From: Antedon mediterranea
Lineage: Eukaryota; Animalia; Echinodermata
Direction: 5' to 3'
Length of the DNA stretch: 64,000 nt
NCBI RefSeq assembly: GCF_964355755.1
Contig: NC_092680.1
Coordinates: forward strand, 13,153,045 to 13,217,044
The stretch's first letter is position 1. Each line of letters begins with the position of its first letter. Of this stretch, positions 51,791 through 64,000 are shown in pieces. A program made the translations under genes and the position numbers. The notes under the pieces were generated by a model, which saw nothing but the letters and a program-made list of their open reading frames with translations, did no database searches and was not told where the DNA came from.

Positions 51791-54700
51791 GTAAGTTTAT
51801 AACCCTCTGTGTTGTTTTTAGAACTGTACGGTTTATTTACTGTTTGTTATTACCATCAGCATAGTTATTTGTTGTCTCAATGTTCTGTATAGAGTTAAAG
51901 CATATTCTTTCAAACTAATACTCATATTCTGTTACTTGTATTATTTTTAATTGAATGTTTTTCATAATATTTAATTTCATATTTTTACATTCGTTAATAT
52001 AGGCCTACCATAATGATATGACTATTTTAAAAATTCATATTGCTTATTTTTTACCGAGATGCAGTTACGATAATAGTTAGTCTTGAATGTACAATTATCG
52101 TTCGTTCACTAAAGATAGTAACTTATAATAATGGTATATTATTATAATTGGACCTATAGATGTAAAATGACATTACGGATGTTGTTAATGATATGTATGA
52201 ACAGTTTCATAATTTTGCCATATTATTATAAAAAAAATAGGCCTAACATTGCTATGCTGATACATACAGTAATCTGTATAAACGTTAAAATGCAAAACTA
52301 AAAAACATTAAGTAAAGTTCTAACAGTTTATAATTATAAGGTTTATTACAATCCTAAAATACGTTCCATAGTGCAAAGATACATGTGTATTCGAGTCAGT
52401 ATTTAGCGCAACGGATCAACAGACACGGCTCTAGCCGTCGCGTCAGTGCATATCACAAGGACACGATGCCTCAAGTATTCATTTGTCTTGGTACCTTGTT
52501 CATTTCATACAATAATTTCCTGATTTAAACCAATAAAACCATTAATTTGAACTCTTAATGAATTCATTTACTATCAAAATTTAAACGTTTCTTAATATTT
52601 GTACAAAGATCATTCGTTATCAGCGTTTGTGATCAACGCGGGACGAGCCCACCACAGATACTGCTAGGATAGGCAGACACGGTTAAGCAATAAGTTAGCC
52701 TAGCAAAGAAAGAAACTAACAAACAACAGGGCAATTATTTTAGGGTAACCTGTTTATAATTAATATCTAAAGAGATAATTGCTAATTAACTCAGATTTAA
52801 TTCCAGAATTATTAGAGCAGTTATTAAAGCAGTGCAACATGTTGTAAATCAATCTCTTACGTTACGGTTATGTAATGGGTTAATGTAATTTTGGGAACAA
52901 CAAACGAATTAATTTAAGTTTTTACTTTTTGTATATATAAATCCTCCATAATATATAAAGAACTAGAAACGACAGAAAAAAAAGAATCTGCAAATATTTG
53001 GGAGCTATTTAAAAATGAAATTATAAACCTCATAAATAATTAGTATTCGTATAACTTTTATACTGCTGATCAGAAATGGAAAAATAGTAAAGACAGGATA
53101 TTTGACCTATTGAATAATTCAAATATATATATGTGCTGGAGATCTCTATCCCTACGTTTTACAATTGTATTTTATATTAGTGTGACATATGCTGTATAAG
53201 TTTTAATATAAATGTGTAGCCCTTTTTTATTTCAAGTGATTTTAAATGTAACCATTGATTATGTTTTTAGACAATTTTAATAACTTATATGAAATCTGTA
53301 ATTTGGTATTTATTTTTTAATAGGCCTATATATATATTTTTCTATATTTGTAATATTCATATTGTATACATGTCAATGTTATCTGCATGCATTTGTATTT
53401 GTCCAATATATATATTTGTCTATATTTGCAATATTTTATATCGTAAATACAAATAGTAAGTAGTAGTTGTACCAAGGTGACATCGGGTATGAAGCGTCTC
53501 ACATACGCACAGAGCCAAAATCGCATCTTGGACTTGCACAGTGTATGGACTCTAACCTTACGGTTTTCATTAAATATATCATTGCATGCTATCATTCTAA
53601 ATATCTAACTTTCAAACTTTTGCATCCCTCTTTTTTCATTTCATCCATTTTATCTTGGTGAAAAGGGAGGATACTACATTTTCCTCCCCTGAGTTTATAG
53701 CCTCTCTACTCGAACACAAATTAGATCACAAATAAGATAGTTTAACAAGAACATTTTAATCATGTATTTTACCGCCATTTTTCATTTTGACATTTTAATT
53801 AACATCGTATCTCAAATTTAAATGAAAACAAATATGGTTAATACTGAATTCAAGCATCTTATTATGTAAATATACCTGTATTTTAACTACTTTAAACACT
53901 TACTTTTAATTGTCACAAATGTACTTATATGTATATAATATATTCACCAATGAGAATTTAAATAAACGTGAGATGAACTCACAAAAGACAAAAAAAAAAC
54001 AAGCCAGTGTATGGTTAATTGTTTGTTGTAACGTAATGTTTTAGGGATTCTTTTTCAAATGTCTCAAAATATGAATTTTTTATTCATTAAACTATTTTCC
54101 AATTAGTCTAAATATATCTAATATTTAAAATTAAATACATATAGGTCTATGATGTACATACGTTGCGGGTCTCTCTCACGCTAATGCAATGCACATTTCA
54201 ACTTTTTCTTTTTTTGTAATATAATTATTTATTTGTTTAAAAATTGTACAGTAATCTCAGTGTAATAGGTTTTTTTTCTATTTGTTAAAGTGTTGAAAGT
54301 GTGTTTCTAGACTTATTTTGACCACCATCCACATTTATAAATATTTAATGATTTATAAAGAAAATATATGTATTATTTGTGGAAAATTAATAAACAACAA
54401 CAACAACTTCAGTCAATGATGACGGCCCGGCTAACCAAACAAGTTCAAGAAGAAACCAGTCCTAACAAACAACAGTTTTATACACTACACAATCCAAGTT
54501 GCATGTAACATTACTCCTTGTACTACATTTTTTCTTTCAAAACCAATAGGCCTAATTTGATGTTTGATGTACGATGTATACATACTATAATTTTAGAAAA
54601 TTAGTTATAGGATAATGTTTTGTTGATTTGTAATAACCCCAAATCTAATTCCTTTTAACTATCCTTTTAGATTAATTAAAACATATATTTTATTCATCTC

Positions 54701-54922
54701 ATTTGTGCATTATAACGATTTATCAAATAATGACACGAACTGATTCCAACATACAACATATTACATTAGATTGAATCTATTTTTCTGCAACCACAATTTA
54801 TGATTTTCTTTCTTTTAAACATTTATTCGTGTCAGTGTTACTGTTAAGATTTTTTTTAATCCACAATAATTTGGAAATTAAGATTTTAAAATTTTACACA
54901 AATTAGCTTCACTTCACTTTTT

Positions 54923-55586
54923 ACAAGGCCATATAGATGGCTGCAGTCGCGTGCTCATTAGTGTTTACCGACCGACCGACCAACCTACCAACTGACCGAA
55001 ATTACTGAACATGTTTAAAAATGTTGAAATGTTTAAAAACATTTATATTTTTTTAATTTACACGTGCGTAGCCTGTCACTTTTGACGTGCTCGTATAACG
55101 TACCGCAACAATTTGCGCACTCATGGCAATTTTGTAAACGCTTAAAATTGCCTGAAACATACTCTTATTTCATCGAAAATAAATTTTGAAAATTTTAAGC
55201 GCGCGTACGCATGCGTTACATGCGCTACGCACGTAATTGTATTGCCATATTATGATTTATGCCCTGAAATTTATGAGTACCAAATTTTATTTAATTGTGA
55301 TTCATGGCTGTGATGATATGATTACAAACGTGATTTTGTTAAATCGTGCGTAGACCGCGTAAGTTTTTATTGCGTACCGTGAAAACATAACCACATCGAT
55401 TCCTGGCCATAAGGAATATACTGTGAAAAATTGACTTAGCTAGATTAAACTGATATCAAGATAAGGTCAGAAAGCGATAAAACGCATAGTGATACCGGAC
55501 CGACAGACAGACCGACAGACCGACAGACCGACCGACCGACCGACCGACATAGTGAACTATAGAGTCGCGTCCACGCGACTAAAAAA
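54923..55586 (+). mobile_element. Helentron-associated / DINE-1-like non-autonomous element
   Basis: 5' AGTCGCGTG (~54945), (CCGA/CAGA)n tracts near both ends, terminal hairpin AGTCGCGTCCACGCGACT (55563-55580) followed by A6. Confidence 0.7.
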
Positions 55587-55946
55587 TGAAGTGAAGCTAA
55601 TATGTGTAAAATATTGTTCGATTTATTTATCAATTGAACTTATCTAATACAAAAAAACATCGGCTTATGCACTATCAAAATATTTTTTTTTATAAAACAA
55701 GTTATTTTTAATTATTATTATTGAATATTATATAAAATAACATAAATTCAACTGGTACTTTATCTAATAAATTTAGTTTTGCTATATTTTATACACAATC
55801 AATGAGATAATATTAATAAACAATTATATAATACAAAACATAACAATAAAAACAATCATTCTGCGCATGCTCATATGTTTCCAGCGTAAAAAAAGTTAAA
55901 AAGTTACTATTTTCATCATTCTCACGGTAACTTTGATTATCTTTAA

Positions 55947-56138
55947 ACGCCAATTGACACAGACGAGCGATAACGGTAATAAAATATAGTTTATTATGTT
56001 ATTTCTTATGAAAATGTACACACAACGCGGATTGGACGGGCGGTTTCCGCTCAGGATAGATACAGATTCTACAAAATGGAACAAGCTACGGTACGCGGTT
56101 ATTCGCTTACCGTTACCGCTGGTCTGTGTCAATTGCCT
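55947..56138. mobile_element. MITE with ~30-bp TIRs, TTAA on both flanks
   Basis: CAATTGACACAGACGAGCGATAACGGTAA versus TTACCGTTACCGCTGGTCTGTGTCAATTG (2 mismatches). Confidence 0.7.
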
Positions 56139-57292
56139 TTAACGTGTTTTATAATTGTGACGCGAACCTTTTCAAAACGCGTGTGCTTTTGTTATGAAAA
56201 CACATTCAACAGATTATTATAACAATACATTTTGTTCAATGCATTAATTTTTGGCCTATTTCAAATAAAAAGAGAAGAAAATACAACGGATAAACCTTAA
56301 ACTGTCAACAATATTTGTTGTTGGTCAAAAATCAATACTAGTACTAAATGTTCATCTGTGAAATAAATCATTTGCTACACATTTGGCCTGGCGCATAATA
56401 ATCATGATTGAATTAGTAATTAATTACATAAACAAGTGTAAGAACGTCCGATTTAATCACAAAGTTGAGGCTGGAATTAATAAAATAAGAGATACTAATT
56501 TATTCCAATAACATTTAAAAAAAGAAGAAAAAAACAAGTCAAAAAAGAAAAACTTTATCGCATAAAATATGTATAAAAGTCTCCACAACATATAAAATGT
56601 CAAACAAGTAGGAAAATCGTTATTAAGCAATGTATTTTCTTTACAAATCGTCGAAAGTGTTAATAACTGTAAATTATATTTATTTACAAATATATATGAA
56701 TAAAATATAAATTATTAGAAATGATGATAAAATTAATTATAATATGTTCTGAAAAGAACTGTTGAGTTTATTTAAAGCTGAAATCGGCAAAAATAATGAT
56801 CAAAACGACTTGTTTTTTGATACAGAAACAGTAGGGTATATAGAACTGGGGCATACAAATAAGTTACTCCTCGGCCAGGTCGAGTGGGCTTAAGAAATTC
56901 ACTTTTATAACTTTTATACAGGTTTAGTTAGCACATTCTTGCTACTATTTTGGAGGTAAAAATTCGAATTTAGGATTGATTGATTTATTGATTAGTGATG
57001 ATATAGCAATCAATACCATAAACAAATTTACATATTACATGCAATTATTTGGTATTTTAACCTATCCTAACTAGATTCAAGATATTTTTTCAATAATTAC
57101 AATTTAATAGAGCAAAGCAAAAGAACATTTTTATACGTATATGTAAAAAAAGAATTGGCTTTACAAAACAAACAACTAAAAATGTAATTTATTTTTTTAT
57201 TGTACCAGCTTAATTTTTAGTAATTTGTAGTAGCCTATTATTATTATTATTTGAATATGTTTTAGTATAATATACCTTTTTTAAATTTGTTT

Positions 57293-57785
57293 TATATATA
57301 TATATATATATATAAACACAACAGGCAAAGAACATTAATTCTAAACCGCCCGGTGATATACTGAAATTTAATTAATTAATTTGAAACGATAAAGATGAGG
57401 AAATCTGTGAGAATGAGAAAAAGTCGCCCCAACCGAGACTCGAACTCGGACCGCCTGCTTGATATGCAGATGTCCTAACCATTAGACCACTGGGGCTTTC
57501 ATGGTATTGTTCGAACTCGATTGGATAGCGACTCTTTAACATTCTCGGCGTGGTACGGCGGAACAGCACTAGTCCTCAGTTGTACGCACGCGCAACAGAG
57601 ATCAAATTGATACGCCCTCATCTTTCAGTATTTTTATTCACGAGGCGGGATCTCCGAAGAGATACTTTTATAGGCCTATATATAAACACAACAGGCAAAG
57701 AACATTAATTCTAAACCGCCCGGTGATATACTGAAATTTAATTAATTAATTTGAAACGATAAAGATGAGGAAATCTGTGAGAATG
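57293..57785 (-). mobile_element. (TA)n-flanked 370-bp tRNA-carrying unit plus a 109-bp identical partial tandem copy
   Basis: 57307-57415 is identical to 57677-57785 (offset 370). (TA)n at 57293-57314 and a short TA run at ~57677-57684. Imperfect inverted repeats at 57346-57400 and 57616-57648 flank the tRNA. Confidence 0.65.
57425..57496 (-). tRNA. tRNA-like gene or pseudogene, anticodon ATC (Asp-like), inside a repeat element
   Basis: 72-nt cloverleaf: acceptor GCCCCAG/TTGGGGC, D arm GTCTAATGGTTAGGAC, anticodon stem TCTGC/GCAGG with loop ATATCAA, 4-nt variable loop, T arm CCGAG-TTCGAGT-CTCGG, discriminator G. A TTTTT run follows 2 nt later. Confidence 0.7.
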
Positions 57786-59230
57786 TGGATCCGTGATCCA
57801 TTTTATTTAAAATCATAACCGTGATACTCAAAGTGTTAAAACATTTAAATAAATAAATCAAATACGTTTAGTTTAATGTTCATGTTTTTACTAATACTGT
57901 CAGATCCTTTTTAATTGTGTAATTTAAATTATATAAACATTTATTTTAATATATGTATTATTTAATTGCATGACCTTAACTCCTAAGAAATGTCTAACAT
58001 GTAATAACAACATCTTAATATCAAATCGAAACAGTCAGCTAGCATGATTCTCTATTTATTTTCTATTTTATTTTTGTGCCATCTGCCGACTTGGGTCATC
58101 AAGTTAAACTTCCGCCACCAAGTTCAGTTACTGATTTCCATTTTTTAATTCATTTCTCTATCGACGTATATGAATATGATGAAATGAAAATATTCAAATT
58201 AAAACATCAGTTATTTCTTCACTATTTTAATTTCTTATATCATTTCACCACGTACGCTTTTACATCCACAAGACCGACTAGAAATAATACGCTTGAATCT
58301 TGTAAGTAAATTCGACTGTAATGGGAGTCGGTACAAAGTGTCTAATCATACTAATATGTCTCTTATGTTTGCCATCATCAGTCGCTAGAGCCTAAGGCAG
58401 ACACGATATTCGAAATATATGAATGTGCCTCTCCTTTCAGCATGTCTTCTTTCCAAATTACCAATTTCTAATCTTCTTAAAAACGGAGAAAGTTGATTGA
58501 TGTGATTCTAAGATGACGTTGGTTAGTTTAAAGGAAATCATTTACGATGTTACATCTCAGCTACCTATAATAAATTATACAAAATAATAAAATCTAAGTA
58601 CTGTTTAATAAGCTTAAAAGCAGTCAAATTGACATATCCACAAGGATCCATTGTTTGGTTAATGCGGGCTTATCGAAATAGTAGCTAAAGGCTTTTGTAA
58701 GGCTAATGACAATTACTAACAAGTTATCAATATATACGTGAAATCAATTGAAAATTAACAAATTCATTATAATACCGCAACTATAGAATTAAAAGTCATC
58801 CTTCATATAACAAGAAGAAATAGATAAGAACTCAATGTAATAGATTATGTTTACATTATTAGCTTCATTAATGTCACTGGTTTTTTTTCTCACAGTGTTT
58901 AAGTAAAACGTCAAGGAGCCTCTTAACACGACGAGTAGTGTTTAAGTGTTTAAACTATTACTGTTCTTAAACACTAAGTATTATAGTCAATACAAACCAT
59001 AATGACTTAATTTCAAACATGTTTATGTAATAATACTTAACATTTTCTAAACTAAGTATTTCTTTTCTTTCTTGTCTATTAGCTAAATTAAATAATAGAA
59101 CTACTGTAAATAAAAATAATGATAACAAAACAATACTAAAGAATTGAAAATGTATCTTAACTAATCGTTGTAAGGCACTTTCAAAACTAGCTTTTAGAAA
59201 ACGATGCCCCTTCATTTTATTTTTATCTAA

Positions 59231-59357
59231 AGCCTTGTATACACTATCAAACTTTATGTGAAAACAGATGTGATGTACCCATATATATTTGGGAATTTCA
59301 CTGCCATCTTTGGGAACATCACACTTTTTATGTCAAACTAGTTTGATAGTTTAGTCT
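59231..59357 (+). mobile_element. Family B MITE, diverged
   Basis: TAA|AGCCTTGTATACACTATCAAAC...CATCACACTTTTTATGTCAAACTAGTTTGATAGT. Confidence 0.7.
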
Positions 59358-60419
59358 TTAGTCATTGGATGTACTGTTATTGTTTATGAATGATATTAAT
59401 GTTATATTGAATAAATAATGAATCATTACCTACATGCTTGTATATAATGTGTCAATTAAAAAATAACTATCGACCAAATATGGTTGAATTCTTTGATTGG
59501 AATAATTATTATAAAATTTTCAAAAACTTCGTTCACTTTGAATGTTATTTATGATTGGTTGAATGATCGGAAAGAATAAATACAACTCATTGAACATTCA
59601 TCTTTAGATTATAGTTTATATTTAAAGCACATTTCAAAGTTTACTCACTTTTGATGCGTTCATAACATTCGGAAATCTCACTTAAGAGTGTTTAAATTAC
59701 GTGTAAACTTCTTCGTAAAATGCATTAGGAGAGTATACTGAACTAGGTTGTATATTATTCTTAAAATTGTATCTAGACAAATTTAACTACTAATTGCAAA
59801 AACAGAAACGTTTATATAATGATAATACATTACGAACAAATTTGTAAGCCTCGCATAAGTCGCCACACTATTTGATAAATCCGAACGAATCCCCTCGCTT
59901 CATTTTTAATCAATTACTCTAAACTTGAGTTGATTAAAACAACGACATGAACAAATACGAAGCGATGATAAATATGATAGAGCAGTGTTTCCAGCCTTGA
60001 ATATAGTTAGCGGACACTCCTGATTTACTAACTCAAACGAACAATCTACTTTGAAAAAATAGATTTGCTATATGCTTACACTTCTGCTAATCAATCGTTG
60101 CAAACATCAAGAACGACCCCATCCGGGGACGGTCTACAAGGCGACTTATTTCAACAACAAACTACCTTCAATTTTTTTTCTTAGATTGCTTCTCGCAAGA
60201 ACATCGTTGCAAATTGCATTCTTAATTATTGCACATTTGCTACGTGTTTCTTCATTCGATCAACTTGACATGTATTTTTGGAAAAGTTGATTATTTTATT
60301 CTTTCAAGTAATTAATTGGAAACTTAACGTTCAATTGAAAAGAACGAGTAATGAGATCACTCTGTACTTGCAACTTATCAGCTACAAAATATATCACAAG
60401 ATATTTTTTTTTTTAAATT

Positions 60420-60907
60420 ATAAATTGGATTAAAAAGAGTGTTATTCATCGAACGAAAAGTATTTTTGTTTAGTGTTTTTTTTAATTAATTTTTTATTTA
60501 CTTTTAACAAAATGTACATTTAAACATATCGAGGTATTTTCTCCACGCTGATGAAATTGATTTATTGAATTTAATTTAGAAGAGTGTTATTTATCGAATG
60601 AAAAGTATTTTTTAGTGTTTTTTTTATATACTATTTATTTTTTATTTACTTTTAACACAATGTACATTTAAACATATCATATAGCTATTTTCTCCATCCT
60701 GATTGATTTATTGAATTGATAGATTGAATTAAGAAGTGTGTTATTTATCGAACAAAAATTTGTTTTGATTATTGTTTTTTTTTATATATTATTTATTTTG
60801 TATTTAAATTTAACACAATGTACAATGAAACATATCCAGGTATTTTTAAACATATTAAACATATTATTATACACAGGTATTTTTTCCATGCTGATGAAAT
60901 TGATTTT
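60420..60907. repeat. Diverged ~150-bp tandem repeat x3
   Basis: AAGAGTGTTATTTATCGAA..AATGTACATTTAAACATATC..TATTTTCTCCA.GCTGATGAAATTGATTT recurs at ~60435, 60580 and 60734. Confidence 0.82.
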
Positions 60908-63900
60908 CGATTTACTTTAATTACAGAAAATGTTATTAGATTTTAGTTTTGTACAACATTTTTCACGTTAATAGATAAAAGGTGTTAATTATTCTACGAA
61001 ATGATTTATAGTGTTTGTTGAGTGTTTTGTTTGTTTGTATTTATCCAATTTCAACAAAAAGTAAATAATTGTAGGCCTACACAGTTTTAAAATACTTTTA
61101 ATTCAATTAAATATTATTAAATTGTAGAACAGAATGGTTGTCAATTGTATAGTTTGTTTCAGAAAGACAATAATATGAAAATGCAATATGGTCTTTAATT
61201 TTGAACATGTTTAAATTATATAAATATAAAGTAAAACAAACTTTAAGTTAAATTAATGATATAGATATAAAAATCAACATACAATTAACTTTTAACAATT
61301 TTAGTAGATTATTTTATTGCTTTCTTTTGTAACTAAATACATATTTTAGTATGTTAATCAATCCTAGAACAACACTGGTATAGAATATTTTTTTAACCAA
61401 ATGTGAAGACGCATTAATGTTCACCATATCTTCTTTAAACGAATATCGTTATAAAATATATTATAAATTTATCTATTTGTTGTTTATTTAACTTTGTCGA
61501 CCATTTCCTATCATGTTTTCTACCTTTGTGTCTTAATTTGTGGATAATTAATTATGACGGAACGCCATAAATGTTACGCGGTAGTCTTAATTGTCAGCAG
61601 AGGCGCACCATACGATACTGTAGGCCTATATATACTGTTAGGCTTTAACAGTTAAGTAATTTATAACATTCGGCTTTATTAGTTTGAATAACTATTTTAA
61701 TATTAAAAGCAATGACAGAAAAGAGGACTAGTAGTGACATTTCTGACGTATTAATTTACTTGAAAGAAAAATGAGACGGCCCTTGCGCAGTAAGTACTTT
61801 TAAAATAACTTGTCATCGTAAGGGTACTTTAGTTGTCAACAAAAAACGTTAACAAATTAGGCGTCAAATATAAAGTGTTCTTTTATTGATGACGGAACGA
61901 CAATTTTAAGATTTAGGATAAAATTGGACTTTATAAGCATTTATAAAAAAAATCGTGAAGTTGTATATTGTGTCAAGCCGATAGATGATATCCGATAGAT
62001 CGGTGTTCATTCAAGAAAAAGAAAATGTTTTCAACAAAGTCAAATAAATAAAATAAATGTATTAATACAATTTGTTACTTCTAAAATTAAAGTAATGGTT
62101 TAATTTATATAAATGAATAATATTATAGATAAAACAGCAATAGATGACACTTTGTGGACGATTTCGGCGCTTTAATGCATGACTTATTCTTTTACCTTAA
62201 TAATAAACTAACTATTTTAAATTTATGTTTGAAAAGTGATCGTTGGAAAGTCTTTCTTGCTGGAATTATTGAACATTCGGCTGACTGTCTCCAGATGGAT
62301 TGATTTTTTCAGCTTCGAATGTTGAATCACAATTTCCAAAACTAAAAACAACTGTATTGCAACCTTGTTAAAGATATATCATTTAAGCAATCTAGTTTAA
62401 GCACCCTGATTCTATTAAGCTTATAACAAATCTATATAATTACTTTTTTACTTTTTACTTAACGGTAAATTTAGATATTTAAAAAAAAAAGAAATGAAAT
62501 TTTATTTTTATTGGAAATACTTTCAATCCAATTCTAGATTATAAGTTGGACGGCTAGTAATGATTTACTTAATTAATAAATCAAATTATTATTTCTGTTG
62601 TTGTTTATTCGAATGCTCAGATTTATACCCGTATTTGTTTACTTCAAATTTTTTTAATTACAGTATATTTTCTCTCTTTTGTAGAGATTTATTATATTAA
62701 TAAACATTATGTTTTCATCTAAATTATTATCATTTATACATCATAATTAGTCTTTATCTTATACTTATTTATATAATAATGCTTAAACATTTTTTCCTAC
62801 ACTAAATTATATAAAGGTAGTAATGTAATCATCGGAAAATGCAGCTATTAATTATTGTCTAGTATTTAACTATTATTAATCTATTATTACATAGTATAAA
62901 AGTATTTTCAATTTCTATTAATTGCCTGGATTTTAGTTTACTTTCTTATATTGTTAAACGGACATTTTATTTCAACATCGGATTAAATACATGTCATAGT
63001 CGTTAGCAAAATGGAAAGTAACATAAAATTCATATTATTTTTAGTTGGTTGTTTTTCGTTTTTTAATATCCTTTCTTATGATGTATTGCTGAACTTTAAC
63101 AAAATAAACGAGAGAAATTTACAAAAGATGGTATTACAATATTTTAAAACATTCTTTTTGATAATTAGAACTGTTGTTTATATGTTGTTAAAACTAATGA
63201 TACTCTCAGTTATTAGTATTTTGTTATAAATTGAGTCATAAAATAAAATATTTCCAAGTTTGAGCGCTAAAGCAAATCATTTAGTACTACAAGAGGTAAT
63301 TTGCTATTAATCTTAATGCCTAAATGACATCTTTTATGCAATGTATTTTAAACAAATTGACTCTTAATTTTGTCCGTAAGTTTTTCTTTAATTTTCAAAC
63401 TATTCGTTTGATAGTAATGTTGATAAATTTCGCGGGTTTTTTTTAATGTATATATATATTTTTAATATCGAATTTTTTTCCGAAATCTGAACAATTGGTT
63501 AAATATTGGACAGTGGCAATATTTCGATTACCGTAGTTCGAAAATGATTAATGACTATGATAGCCGTTTCATAAGAAAAAAGCACAACACAGGATCACAT
63601 GTGTTTCACATGTATCACCTAGTATCATAATTGACCATAACCTAATTTGTAATGTGATACACATGAGAGGCTGTATTACGGAATATGTGGAGATACAGAG
63701 TGAAAATCGGTTTTTATGTTATACTATACTATCAATCACTATCGTTACTTGAAACCTGGCGATTGACTTAAGTTATTTAGATAGTGAATTATTCTTAGAA
63801 TCAATATAAATTATAAATATTATTTATAATGTATGTTGATCATAAATGTGTTTGTCTAATTTCCGTTTGTGGAAAGTAAACAGCATTACGATATTTAGTT

Positions 63901-64000
63901 TTCTTAAAATTATACATTAATTTTATCTTCAACTAATTTGTAGGCCTAAGTGGATCTTGAGAACATTAACTCTTTGCTGATTTACAGTACACTATCATTT

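Noticed and set aside
57892-57912. TAATACTGTCAG resembling the miR-8/200 5' end
   Set aside because: The match stops after 12 nt and no complementary arm was seen.

Overview
AT-rich (roughly 70% AT by eye), almost entirely non-coding animal DNA. It is not prokaryotic: there are no operons, no intact long ORFs and no CRISPR array. A perfect mature miR-124 in a canonical hairpin (minus strand, ~4.6 kb) marks the source as a bilaterian, probably an invertebrate (inference). Other supported content: a 5'-truncated, frameshifted LINE (39.7-43.2 kb) and one plausible first coding exon with upstream CCAAT boxes (51.7 kb, gene not recognised). Non-autonomous elements are abundant: Kolobok-like MITEs, PIF/Harbinger-like MITEs, Helentron/DINE-1-like elements and tRNA-derived SINE heads, plus several minisatellites. 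The most unusual observations are: a (TA)n-flanked 370-bp unit carrying a complete tRNA cloverleaf with an ATC anticodon and a perfect 109-bp partial tandem copy (57.3-57.8 kb); strong over-representation of TAGGCCTA; a minisatellite with higher-order structure; and a fold-back scar inside the LINE. Most ORFs in the supplied track are spurious. Coordinates were counted by hand; no searches were run.
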